Shown here one piece after another: positions 16,704 through 25,304 of a DNA stretch of 46,307 nucleotides. The number at the start of each line of letters is the position of its first letter. The stretch's first letter is position 1. Source of the stretch: a virus. Taxonomy: Duplodnaviria > Heunggongvirae > Uroviricota > Caudoviricetes. The position numbers and the translations under genes are program-made. The DNA lies in IMG/VR virus record IMGVR_UViG_2721755721_000003, positions 1-46,307 of that record; one strand, given 5' to 3'. The notes under the pieces are model-generated. The model saw only the letters and a program-made list of their open reading frames with translations, had not been told where the DNA came from and ran no database searches.

Positions 16704-16780
16704 GCGTTGTTAGCTCAGCCGGACAGAGCAATTGCCTTCTAAGCAATCGGTCACTGGTTCGAATCCAGTACAGCGCGCCA
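16704..16780 (+). tRNA. tRNA-Arg (anticodon UCU)
   Basis: Canonical cloverleaf: acceptor GCGTTGT/ACAGCGC, D-arm GCTC...GAGC, anticodon stem ATTGC/GCAAT with loop CTTCTAA, T-arm ACTGG-TTCGAAT-CCAGT, encoded CCA. Confidence 0.85.
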
Positions 16781-16914
16781 TATTCATTCTTCCAGATTCC
16801 TTTCGGCAGAGCCTTATACTGAAATATACCTGGCTCAGGATATTGTTGAAAATATTATATGTTTGTCAAAAATAAAAGTTCTGTTAAGTGTTGATTGAGT
16901 GTTTGTTATACGGT

Positions 16915-17244
16915 CTAATGGTTTTTTCAGCATTAAATATTTATCATTCATATGGTGTGGGTAGAGTGAATATTGATGAGGCGTCGGGGTGTTTCATCCT
17001 TAGGCAGCGTATTGATATAGTCAATGCAGAACGAGCAAAGGCCTTCAGCCGTTTGACAGTTTTGTTCTGTACTCCTGATCGTCTTTCGGGAAGAGACGTT
17101 ATTATTCTGAATAGTGATGCTATACAGAGGGTTTGCGATGAGTTCATGGTGGCTAATTCAGAATTATTTGCTCTTGTTCAGGAGTACAACAGAATAGCCA
17201 GGACCTGTGGTATGGATGAACTTCGGATTACTCATCTGGGGTAG
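16915..17244 (+). CDS. Hypothetical ORF in the stx-equivalent slot (about 109 aa), weak
   Basis: Open frame in AT-rich DNA after the tRNAs; no convincing RBS; start uncertain. Confidence 0.25.
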   Translation, partial: LMVFSALNIYHSYGVGRVNIDEASGCFILRQRIDIVNAERAKAFSRLTVLFCTPDRLSGRDVIILNSDAIQRVCDEFMVANSELFALVQEYNRIARTCGMDELRITHLG

Positions 17245-17636
17245 ATACATATCTGGATTATCACCGGTTACGGTAAAAAGTGATTGCTTACTGTTTTTGT
17301 GAATGGCATTGCAGCAGCCGGATAATGTCAGTGCTGGCTGACGGTGTGCTGGTGGCGGGTGTGGTGGTTGCTGCTTTCCCGTTGCTGAAAAAGAAAACGC
17401 CAGACTGTTAGCCGGGTATCAGTTAGCGGGAGAAATTTTTAAATACTTCACAATTCAGGCGGTTGACTGTTGTCTGGTTTGCGGGGAGTTTGTTAAAAGA
17501 AACTGGCATGGTGAATCCCCCTGTGCGGAGGGGCAATCAGCGAGTAGGTATATGGGATAATCGCGGATTCAGGTGCTGGTACTGAATTCACCGGGAGGCA
17601 CCCGGCACCATGCAATGGCACATAGCGCCACTCTCC

Positions 17637-17668
17637 AGCCCCTCTCCGGAGGGGCTGTTTATATTGAT
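17637..17668 (+). terminator. Rho-independent terminator (AGCCCCTC-TCCG-GAGGGGCT followed by T-rich tract)
   Basis: Perfect 8-bp stem with tetraloop at 17637-17656, followed by GTTTATATTGATTTT. Confidence 0.5.
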
Positions 17669-17691
17669 TTTGTCAGATGTGAGTAAACTCC

Positions 17692-18027
17692 TTATGGACT
17701 TTGTTGTTTTAGCCCATAAGGACATATTTGCAGAGTGCAACGGTTATTAAAGCATTCATTCAATACGTTATCTGTATTTGTAGGGCATTCCTGGCTGTTT
17801 TTGATTAAATTCCAGAATGTTTTATTGAATGGTACTACGTTGTAAATGGTTACAGGCAGCACTTTGTTATTGAGCATGATGCCTGTGTGAGTCAGTGTAA
17901 ATATACTTTCAGGAGGTAAGAAAGCATCCGATTGATACCAGATTATTAATTTTATTTTACTCCATATGACTGAAAAAGATATTCCGCATGATGGCTGGAT
18001 AACTGTATCAATCACAATCCACTTCAT
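17692..18027 (-). CDS. Hypothetical ORF (111 aa), Cys-rich C-terminus, weak
   Basis: Minus-strand ORF in the AT-rich slot between the tRNAs and nanS-p; no family recognised. Confidence 0.3.
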   Translation of the reverse strand: MKWIVIDTVIQPSCGISFSVIWSKIKLIIWYQSDAFLPPESIFTLTHTGIMLNNKVLPVTIYNVVPFNKTFWNLIKNSQECPTNTDNVLNECFNNRCTLQICPYGLKQQSP

Positions 18028-18287
18028 TTAGTTTCCTTGTTTATGCCTTGCTGGTGATGTTCTGAAAAGTATAAATGATATTTTTGATTGTAAACCATAG
18101 AGCAGAATTATTTTTCTGATGTTGTTTATTGTTTATTTAAATGCAGGGTGGTTTATATCTCGTCTTGTAGTTTATCCATGCATATCTGCTTGATGATGAG
18201 GTTTTTAATTAAGGTATGGTTTTGTGTTTTTTCTGTATTACATGTCAGGTATTTTAAAGAATCATTTTTCAGATGGTGGAAAGAACC

Positions 18288-20141
18288 ATGGCATTTAAAC
18301 ACTATGATGTTGTCAGGGCGTCGTCGCCGTCAGATCTTGCGGAAAAGCTGACACATAAACTGAAAGAGGGCTGGCAGCCGTTTGGTAGTCCGGTGGCCAT
18401 AACCCCTTATACCCTGATGCAGGCGATTGCAGCAGAAGGTGATGTGGTCGTCAGTGGTGCAACTGAGCCGGAGTGGTACTACGTCATCGTACTGGCCGGG
18501 CAATCCAATGCCATGGCTTACGGTGAAGGGCTTCCGCTTCCGGATTCATACGATGCGCCCCATCCGCGCATTAAGCAACTGGCCCGTCGTAACACAGTGA
18601 CTCCCGGTGGTGAAGTATGCGTATTTAACGACATCATTCCTGCTGACCATTGTCTGCATGATGTTCAGGATATGAGTACGATTAATCATCCCCGGGCTGA
18701 CCTGAGCAAAGGGCAGTACGGCTGTGTCGGACAGGGCTTACATATTGCCAAAAAACTGCTTCCGTATATCCCTAATAACGCGGGGATCCTGCTGGTACCA
18801 TGCTGTCGTGGTGGTTCGGCATTCACCCAGGGCACGGAGGGGACATTCAGCGAGTCCACGGGGGCCAGTCAGGATTCGGCTCGCTGGGGAGTGGGTAAGC
18901 CGTTATATCAGGATCTGCTTTTCCGCACGAAGGCAGCATTGCAGAAAAACCCGAAAAACGTTTTGCTGGCGATATGCTGGATGCAGGGGGAATTCGATAT
19001 GACGAATGCCAGTTACGCCCAGCAGCCAGCAGCATTTCTTGCAATGGTACAGCAGTTCCGTGCTGACCTTGCCGGGCTGGCGGCGCAGTGTCACGGTGGA
19101 AGTCCGGCATCAGTCCCCTGGATTTGTGGCGACACGACATACGCGTGGAAACAAGAACACGGTACGCAATATGAAGTGGTATATGGTGCATATAAAGGTA
19201 AAGAATCCCAGCAGATTTATTTTGTTCCCTTTATGACCGATGGTAGCGGAGTTAATACACCGACAAACAACCCGTCAGAAGATCCTGATATTGCCGGGTC
19301 TGGTTATTACGGTTCGGCATCCCGAACGAACAAAAACTGGGTATCATCAAATCGCCCGACGCATTTCAGCTCATGGGCGCGTCGTGGCATTATTCCCGAT
19401 CGTATGGCAACTGCTATTCTGAACGTAGCCGGTCGCACCTTAGCCTTCATTAGTGGTAAGGCACCGGAAATCAAACCCTCGCCCGGCGGCGACACGCCAT
19501 TGGGGCCGTCTGAAGATGCATCCATACGCACAATCTCCCTGTTGCCGACAGCCGGAGAGGCTGCTGCGCAGGGCTGGACCATTAAGGACGGCGGAATTCA
19601 GTTGTCGGGTGGTGTATTTAAGATCACCAAGCAGAGCAATAAAACCTGGTCCCTGATGCATCCGGTGGATGACGCAGTCTCCCTGCTGACACGGGGTGGC
19701 AGACTGAGCTGTAAGTTTCGACTGTCAGGCGCACTGACCAACAACCAGTTCGGTCTGGGAATTTATCTGTATACCGATGTAGCGTTACCTGACGTCGTGG
19801 CGATGACCGGGACTGGTAACCCGTTCCTGATGTCGTTCTTCACCCAGACCACAGACGGCAAACTGAATCTGATGCATCACAAGAAAGCCGGAAACACAAA
19901 GTTGGGCGAGTTCGGGAATTACAGTAACGACTGGCAGACGCTGGAGCTGGTGTTCACCGCCGGCAGTGCCACGGTTACTCCGAAACTGAATGGAGTGGCT
20001 GGCCCGGCATTCCAGGTCATAAAAGACAGTCTGACAGTGGGACTAAATGCACTGACGCTGACGGATATTACCAAAAATGCAGCGTATGGCGTTGAGATAG
20101 AAAGTCTGGTGCTGGAGATAAATGCACCGGCATCATCATAA
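18288..20141 (+). CDS. nanS: Prophage-encoded sialate O-acetylesterase NanS-p-like protein (N-terminal DUF1737-like region + SGNH/esterase + C-terminal domain)
   Basis: N-terminus MAFKHYDVVRASSPSDLAEKLTHKLKEGWQPFG, which I recognise from NanS-p proteins; position between the tRNA cluster and the holin, as in Stx-type phages; ATG 18288 with RBS. Confidence 0.75.
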   Translation: MAFKHYDVVRASSPSDLAEKLTHKLKEGWQPFGSPVAITPYTLMQAIAAEGDVVVSGATEPEWYYVIVLAGQSNAMAYGEGLPLPDSYDAPHPRIKQLARRNTVTPGGEVCVFNDIIPADHCLHDVQDMSTINHPRADLSKGQYGCVGQGLHIAKKLLPYIPNNAGILLVPCCRGGSAFTQGTEGTFSESTGASQDSARWGVGKPLYQDLLFRTKAALQKNPKNVLLAICWMQGEFDMTNASYAQQPAAFLAMVQQFRADLAGLAAQCHGGSPASVPWICGDTTYAWKQEHGTQYEVVYGAYKGKESQQIYFVPFMTDGSGVNTPTNNPSEDPDIAGSGYYGSASRTNKNWVSSNRPTHFSSWARRGIIPDRMATAILNVAGRTLAFISGKAPEIKPSPGGDTPLGPSEDASIRTISLLPTAGEAAAQGWTIKDGGIQLSGGVFKITKQSNKTWSLMHPVDDAVSLLTRGGRLSCKFRLSGALTNNQFGLGIYLYTDVALPDVVAMTGTGNPFLMSFFTQTTDGKLNLMHHKKAGNTKLGEFGNYSNDWQTLELVFTAGSATVTPKLNGVAGPAFQVIKDSLTVGLNALTLTDITKNAAYGVEIESLVLEINAPASS

Positions 20142-20291
20142 AAAGTGAGCCAGCCAAATGGAAGGTATCGTTAAACTCACCGGTAGTGTCAGTGGGTCGT
20201 CTGAGATGCCTGCATGAGTTATCAGAGCCATCAGTACTTAACTGGTGGCTTTTTTTATTGCTGTCAGCTTCCGGATAACGGGAGACGGGGT

Positions 20292-20507
20292 ATGTACCAG
20301 ATGGAAAAAATCACAACAGGTGTGTCATACACCACGTCAGCGGTGGGAACGGGCTACTGGTTCCTGCAGTTGCTGGACAGGGTTTCCCCGTCTCAGTGGG
20401 CGGCAATAGGCGTGCTGGGGAGTCTGCTGTTTGGGCTGCTGACATATCTGACTAACCTGTATTTCAAAATCAGAGAGGACCGTCGTAAGGCGGCACGGGG
20501 AGAGTAA
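20292..20507 (+). CDS. S: Class II holin, phage-21 S (pinholin) type with dual-start motif
   Basis: MYQMEK... with Met1/Met4 dual starts; two TM segments; near-identical by eye to S21-family holins (…[10 protein letters not shown]…[20 protein letters not shown]). Confidence 0.85.
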   Translation: MYQMEKITTGVSYTTSAVGTGYWFLQLLDRVSPSQWAAIGVLGSLLFGLLTYLTNLYFKIREDRRKAARGE

Positions 20508-20511
20508 TTCA

Positions 20512-20862
20512 ATGACTCAAAACTATGAACTGATTGTGAAAGGGATCCGCAATTTTGAGAATAAAGTTACGGTAACTTTAGCGTTACGGGACAAAAAACG
20601 CTTTGACGGTGAAATTTTTGACCTGGATATCTCGCTGGACCGTGTTGAAGGTGCCGCGCTGGAGTTTTATGAGGCAGCAGCCAGAAGGAGCATCAGACAG
20701 GTCTTCATGGATGTTGCTGCCGGGTTATGTGAAGGGGATGAGCAGTCGCCGGAAAAGCGCCCCGTAATTTTAGAGGCGCAGAATGTATGGATAACCTACA
20801 AAGGAAAGCTACCGGGAAGAATTACTGGTTCTCTGAAGACTCCTCCGGAATCACAACCTTAA
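20512..20862 (+). CDS. Hypothetical protein (116 aa) between holin and endolysin
   Basis: ORF with ATG 20512; no family recognised with confidence. Confidence 0.5.
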   Translation: MTQNYELIVKGIRNFENKVTVTLALRDKKRFDGEIFDLDISLDRVEGAALEFYEAAARRSIRQVFMDVAAGLCEGDEQSPEKRPVILEAQNVWITYKGKLPGRITGSLKTPPESQP

Positions 20863-20925
20863 GTCACTGACCGGAACAGATAAACCTGTCCGTGGGCAGA
20901 AACCGATAAATCCTGATAAATATCC

Positions 20926-21459
20926 ATGAACACCAAAATCAAATACGGCCTGTCGGCTGCCGTTCTGGCGCTGATTGCCGCTGGTGCGCCTGCGCCTGAC
21001 ATTCTCGACCAGTTTCTGGATGAAAAGGAAGGTAACCACACCACGGCATACCGTGATGGCGCGGGTATCTGGACCATCTGCCGCGGTGCCATCCTGGTGG
21101 ATGGCAAACCTGTCGTTCCGGGCATGAAGTTGTCGAAGGAAAAATGCGACCAGGTTAACGCCATTGAGCGTGATAAAGCGCTGGCGTGGGTGGAGAAAAA
21201 CATCAGAGTGCCACTGACCGAACCCCAGAAAGCGGGGATCGCGTCATTCTGTCCGTACAACATTGGTCCCGGTAAGTGTTTCCCGTCGACGTTTTATAAA
21301 CGAATTAATGCAGGTGATCGCAGGGGAGCGTGTGAGGCGATTCGCTGGTGGATTAAGGACGGTGGCAGAGACTGCCGTATTCGTTCAAACAACTGCTACG
21401 GTCAGGTATCCCGTCGTGACCAGGAGAGCGCGCTGGCGTGCTGGGGTATCGACAGATAA
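20926..21459 (+). CDS. R: Endolysin, T4-lysozyme-like with N-terminal signal-anchor-release (SAR) segment
   Basis: Gly/Ala-rich hydrophobic N-terminus (YGLSAAVLALIAAGAPAP) then E-x8-D-x5-T catalytic pattern (EGNHTTAYRDGAGIWT); pairs with a pinholin. Confidence 0.85.
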   Translation: MNTKIKYGLSAAVLALIAAGAPAPDILDQFLDEKEGNHTTAYRDGAGIWTICRGAILVDGKPVVPGMKLSKEKCDQVNAIERDKALAWVEKNIRVPLTEPQKAGIASFCPYNIGPGKCFPSTFYKRINAGDRRGACEAIRWWIKDGGRDCRIRSNNCYGQVSRRDQESALACWGIDR

Positions 21460-21549
21460 GCAGAATATTTTGCTGAAAAATGCGGTTTGCTTACACGGAC
21501 GGATAACACGAAATCCTGCGAACTGACAAAAACTAAGTGAATAAAAGTA

Positions 21550-21590
21550 AAAACCCCGTTTGTTGGCTGCAAGCGGGGTTTTGTGTTTCC
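21550..21590 (+). terminator. Rho-independent terminator after the endolysin gene
   Basis: A-tract, CCCCG...CGGGG stem, then TTTTGTGTTT. Confidence 0.45.
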
Positions 21591-21618
21591 TGACTCTGGA
21601 AAAGTCAAAGGAGAAAGT

Positions 21619-21756
21619 GTGTTTGATTTTAGCAAACTGATTCGGGAGATTCGAGTGATGGCTGAAAAATTATCCACCTGGAAGTTCATTCTTATCTGGC
21701 TGGTGTTTGTGATTATGGCCTCCGGTTATTTCATCGGTCAGATACGCTGGTGGTGA
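21619..21756 (+). CDS. Small single-TM membrane protein (32-45 aa) immediately upstream of Rz
   Basis: GGAG RBS then GTG 21619 (or ATG 21658); hydrophobic core WKFILIWLVFVIMASGYFIG; stop at 21754-21756 abuts the Rz ATG at 21758. Confidence 0.4.
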   Translation: MFDFSKLIREIRVMAEKLSTWKFILIWLVFVIMASGYFIGQIRWW

Positions 21757-21757
21757 A

Positions 21758-22225
21758 ATGAACCGCGTACTGTGCGTGGTCATCATTGCCCTGCTGGTGG
21801 CCTGTGGTGCGCTTAGTCTGGGGCTGAATCATTACCGTGATAACGCCATAACCTACAAAGAGCAGCGCGATAAAAAAGTCAGTGAGCTGGAGCAGGCAAA
21901 TGCAACCATTACTGATATGCAGCAGCGCCAGCGTGATGTTGCTGCACTTGATGCCAGATACTCGAGGGAATTAGCCGATGCGAGAGCTGAAAATGAAACT
22001 CTGCGTGCTGATGTTGCCGCTGGTCGTAAGCGCCTGCGGATCAACGCCACCTGCCCCGGTACCGTGCGTGAAGCCCCCACCACCTCCGGCGTGGATAATG
22101 CAACCGGCCCCCGACTGGCAGACACCGCTGAACGGGATTATTTCACTCTCAGAGAGCGGTTGATGCTGATGCAGAAGCAGCTGGAAGTGGCGCAGGAATA
22201 TATCCGCACTCAGTGCCTGAAATAA
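21758..22225 (+). CDS. Rz: Rz i-spanin
   Basis: N-terminal TM anchor, coiled-coil periplasmic domain; embedded +1-frame Rz1. Confidence 0.8.
   Translation: MNRVLCVVIIALLVACGALSLGLNHYRDNAITYKEQRDKKVSELEQANATITDMQQRQRDVAALDARYSRELADARAENETLRADVAAGRKRLRINATCPGTVREAPTTSGVDNATGPRLADTAERDYFTLRERLMLMQKQLEVAQEYIRTQCLK
21993..22163 (+). CDS. Rz1: Rz1 o-spanin lipoprotein (embedded in Rz, +1 frame)
   Basis: Signal peptide with lipobox (LVVSAC) followed by Pro-rich mature region (PPAPVPCVKPPPPPAW). Confidence 0.7.
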   Translation: MKLCVLMLPLVVSACGSTPPAPVPCVKPPPPPAWIMQPAPDWQTPLNGIISLSESG

Positions 22226-22478
22226 GTTTTGCTGATGCGCGGTATTGTCGCCGTATCCCCGCATTAACAGAGACCGCAGCCCGACCGGGAGACTCCTCTG
22301 CGCGAGTGTGCGGGGATAATCAAAAACGATACACACCGGGGTTTACCGCGTTAACGGAGCGCGGCGTTGTCCCCTCATAGTCGCCTGTCCGGTGCGATGG
22401 TGGAAGAAACCGGACTACATTGAAAATGATAACCATTATCATTTTTGCGGGTCCTTTCCGGCGATCCGGGCCGTTACG

Positions 22479-22490
22479 GGGCGGCGACCT
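22479..22490. other. cosN cohesive-end site (GGGCGGCGACCT)
   Basis: 12-nt sequence matching the lambda cohesive end as I remember it, within a lambda cos-like context (…GTTACGGGGCGGCGACCTCGCGG…TATTTATGAAAATTTT), about 175 bp upstream of Nu1. Confidence 0.85.
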
Positions 22491-22585
22491 CGCGGTTTTT
22501 CACTATTTATGAAAATTTTTCAGGGAAAATCGTGTCGGTACTTCTCGAATATAACTTTTTGTTTTTTTTAATATTGCATTCATAA

Positions 22586-22640
22586 ATGTCCGACATGAAA
22601 GTGTCCGAAAATGCCTTTTTCTGGCGTTTTCATGTCGGGC
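22586..22640. promoter_or_regulatory. cosB-like terminase-binding repeats (GTCCGACATGAAA-type, two direct plus one inverted)
   Basis: atgtccgacatgaaa, gtgtccgaaaatgcc and inverted ttttcatgtcgggc between cosN and the Nu1 start. Confidence 0.45.
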
Positions 22641-22665
22641 CTTGTATTTGATAATGGGTTGTTCT

Positions 22666-23214
22666 ATGAAGGTTAATAAAAAGAGGCTTGCCGAAATTTT
22701 TAACGTGGACCCGCGGACGATTGAACGCTGGCAGTCTCAGGGGCTCCCTTGCGTCTCCAAAGGCAGTAAGGGCATTGAATCTGTATTTGATACTGCCATG
22801 GCAATTCAGTGGTATGCGCAGAGGGAAACTGATATCGAAAACGAAAAGCTCCGCAAAGAACTGGCCGATTTGCGTGCGGCAGCGGAGTCAGATTTACAAC
22901 CCGGCACCATTGACTATGAACGCTACCGGCTCACAAAAGCGCAGGCAGATGCGCAGGAACTGAAAAATGCCCGTGAAGACGGAGTGGTGCTGGAAACTGA
23001 ACTGTTTACCTTCATTCTGCAACGTGTGGCACAGGAGATTTCGGGGATACTTGTGCGTGTGCCGTTGACATTACAGCGTAAATATCCGGACATTTCACCA
23101 TCACACCTTGATGTGGTGAAAACTGAAATCGCGAAAGCCTCCAATGTTGCAGCTAAGGCCGGTGAAAACGTGGGCGGGTGGATCGATGATTTCAGACGCA
23201 CAGAAGGCAGCTAA
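22666..23214 (+). CDS. Nu1: Terminase small subunit
   Basis: Close match by eye to lambda Nu1 ([12 protein letters not shown]...ENEKLRKE...[29 protein letters not shown]). Confidence 0.9.
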   Translation: MKVNKKRLAEIFNVDPRTIERWQSQGLPCVSKGSKGIESVFDTAMAIQWYAQRETDIENEKLRKELADLRAAAESDLQPGTIDYERYRLTKAQADAQELKNAREDGVVLETELFTFILQRVAQEISGILVRVPLTLQRKYPDISPSHLDVVKTEIAKASNVAAKAGENVGGWIDDFRRTEGS

Positions 23215-25114
23215 TGCAGCCGGTGCGATAGCTACAGGGCTTTTATCTCTCATTATTCCTGTTCCACTGACGACAGTTCAGTGGGCCAATAAACATTATT
23301 ACCTTCCTAAAGAGTCGTCTTATACCCCGGGGCGGTGGGAAACACTGCCGTTTCAGGTTGGCATCATGAACTGTATGGGCAACGATTTGATTCGCACTGT
23401 TAACCTGATTAAATCTGCCCGTGTTGGTTATACAAAGATGTTGCTGGGAGTGGAGGCTTATTTTATTGAGCATAAATCACGCAACAGCCTTCTTTTTCAG
23501 CCCACGGACTCAGCTGCTGAAGATTTTATGAAATCTCATGTTGAGCCAACGATAAGGGATGTTCCTGCATTGCTGGAGCTGGCTCCATGGTTCGGAAGAA
23601 AACACCGCGATAATACGCTCACCCTGAAGCGTTTTTCCTCCGGTGTGGGTTTCTGGTGTCTGGGGGGAGCGGCAGCAAAAAACTACCGTGAAAAATCCGT
23701 GGATGTGGTTTGTTATGACGAGCTTTCCTCGTTCGAACCGGATGTTGAAAAAGAGGGTTCGCCAACCCTGCTGGGGGATAAACGTATTGAGGGCTCTGTA
23801 TGGCCAAAATCCATTCGCGGCTCGACGCCTAAAATCAAAGGCTCCTGCCAGATCGAAAAAGCCGCTAACGAGTCGGCACATTTCATGCGTTTTTATGTGC
23901 CCTGTCCGCACTGTGGGGAGGAGCAGTATCTGAAATTTGGCGATGATGCCTCGCCTTTCGGTCTTAAGTGGGAGAAGAATAAGCCAGAAAGTGTTTTCTA
24001 CCTTTGTGAGCATCATGGCTGTGTGATCCATCAGTCTGAGCTTGACCAGAGTAACGGGCGGTGGATCTGTGAAAACACGGGCATGTGGACTCGTGACGGT
24101 CTGACATTTTTCAGCTCCGCGGATAATGAAATTCCGCCGCCGCGCTCCATCACATTCCATATCTGGACGGCGTACAGTCCGTTCACCACCTGGGTACAGA
24201 TTGTCTATGACTGGCTGGATGCACTGAAAGATCCCAACGGCCTGAAAACCTTTGTGAACACCACGCTGGGCGAGACCTGGGAAGAGGCCGTGGGCGAAAA
24301 ACTCGATCACCAGGTGCTGATGGATAAGGTTGTGCGTTACACGGCTGCGGTGCCTTCCCGGGTGGTTTATCTGACGGCGGGCATTGACTCGCAGCGAAAC
24401 CGTTTTGAGATGTATGTCTGGGGATGGGCTCCGGGAGAGGAAGCCTTTCTGGTGGATAAAATCATCATTATGGGGCGTCCCGATGAGGAAGAGACGCTGT
24501 TACGTGTGGATGTGGCGATCAACAAAAAATACCGCCATGCAGACGGAACCGAAATGACCATTTCCCGTGTCTGCTGGGACACCGGGGGGATCGATGGCGA
24601 AATTGTCTATCAGAGGTCAAAAAAACACGGTGTTTTCCGGGTGCTGCCGGTAAAAGGTGCATCTGTTTATGGCAAGCCGGTGATCACCATGCCAAAAACC
24701 CGCAATCAGCGGGGCGTGTATCTGTGCGAAGTGGGGACGGACACCGCAAAAGAAATTCTCTATGCCCGTATGAAAGCCGATCCCACGCCTGCGGATGAAG
24801 CCACGTCGTATGCCATCCGTTTTCCTGATGATCCGGAGATTTTTTCGCAGACAGAGGCGCAGCAACTGGTGGCGGAAGAGCTTGTGGAGAAGTGGGAAAA
24901 AGGAAAGATGCGTCTGCTGTGGGATAACAAAAAGCGGCGTAACGAAGCGCTGGACTGCCTGGTGTATGCCTACGCGGCATTACGTGTGTCCGTGCAACGC
25001 TGGCAGCTTGATCTGGCTGTACTGGCAAAATCCCGGGAAGAAGAGACGACCCGGCCAACCCTTAAAGAACTGGCAGCGAAGCTGTCCGGAGGAGTGAATG
25101 GTTACAGTCGCTGA
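23186..25114 (+). CDS. A: Terminase large subunit
   Basis: Very high similarity to lambda gpA along its length (YYLPKES..., [40 protein letters not shown]). Confidence 0.95.
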   Translation: MISDAQKAANAAGAIATGLLSLIIPVPLTTVQWANKHYYLPKESSYTPGRWETLPFQVGIMNCMGNDLIRTVNLIKSARVGYTKMLLGVEAYFIEHKSRNSLLFQPTDSAAEDFMKSHVEPTIRDVPALLELAPWFGRKHRDNTLTLKRFSSGVGFWCLGGAAAKNYREKSVDVVCYDELSSFEPDVEKEGSPTLLGDKRIEGSVWPKSIRGSTPKIKGSCQIEKAANESAHFMRFYVPCPHCGEEQYLKFGDDASPFGLKWEKNKPESVFYLCEHHGCVIHQSELDQSNGRWICENTGMWTRDGLTFFSSADNEIPPPRSITFHIWTAYSPFTTWVQIVYDWLDALKDPNGLKTFVNTTLGETWEEAVGEKLDHQVLMDKVVRYTAAVPSRVVYLTAGIDSQRNRFEMYVWGWAPGEEAFLVDKIIIMGRPDEEETLLRVDVAINKKYRHADGTEMTISRVCWDTGGIDGEIVYQRSKKHGVFRVLPVKGASVYGKPVITMPKTRNQRGVYLCEVGTDTAKEILYARMKADPTPADEATSYAIRFPDDPEIFSQTEAQQLVAEELVEKWEKGKMRLLWDNKKRRNEALDCLVYAYAALRVSVQRWQLDLAVLAKSREEETTRPTLKELAAKLSGGVNGYSR

Positions 25115-25304
25115 ACTGCAGGCGCTGCGTCAGGCGCGCCTTGATTTATTAACCGGTAAACGGGTGGTGTCTGTCCAGAAAGATGGTCGCAGAATTGAAT
25201 ATACGGCAGCTTCTCTGGATGAGCTTAACCGGGCGATCAATGATGCGGAGTCGGTACTGGGGACAACCCGCCGTCGCCGTCGTCCGCTGGGAGTGAGGTT
25301 ATGA
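25098..25304 (+). CDS. W: Head-tail joining protein W
   Basis: 68 aa, lambda W-like (LTGKRVVSVQKDGRRIEYTAASL). Confidence 0.9.
   Translation: MVTVAELQALRQARLDLLTGKRVVSVQKDGRRIEYTAASLDELNRAINDAESVLGTTRRRRRPLGVRL

Noticed and set aside
16781-18287. Possible stxA/stxB genes downstream of the tRNA cluster
   Set aside because: Checked all frames by eye for StxA-like (MKCILFKWVL…) and StxB-like sequences and found none; the interval holds only two unrelated weak ORFs.
22423-22445. Fur-box-like palindrome as a genuine iron-regulated promoter
   Set aside because: It sits inside the cos region with no downstream gene to regulate; more likely a packaging (cosQ/IHF-type) element or coincidence. Kept only as a low-confidence observation.
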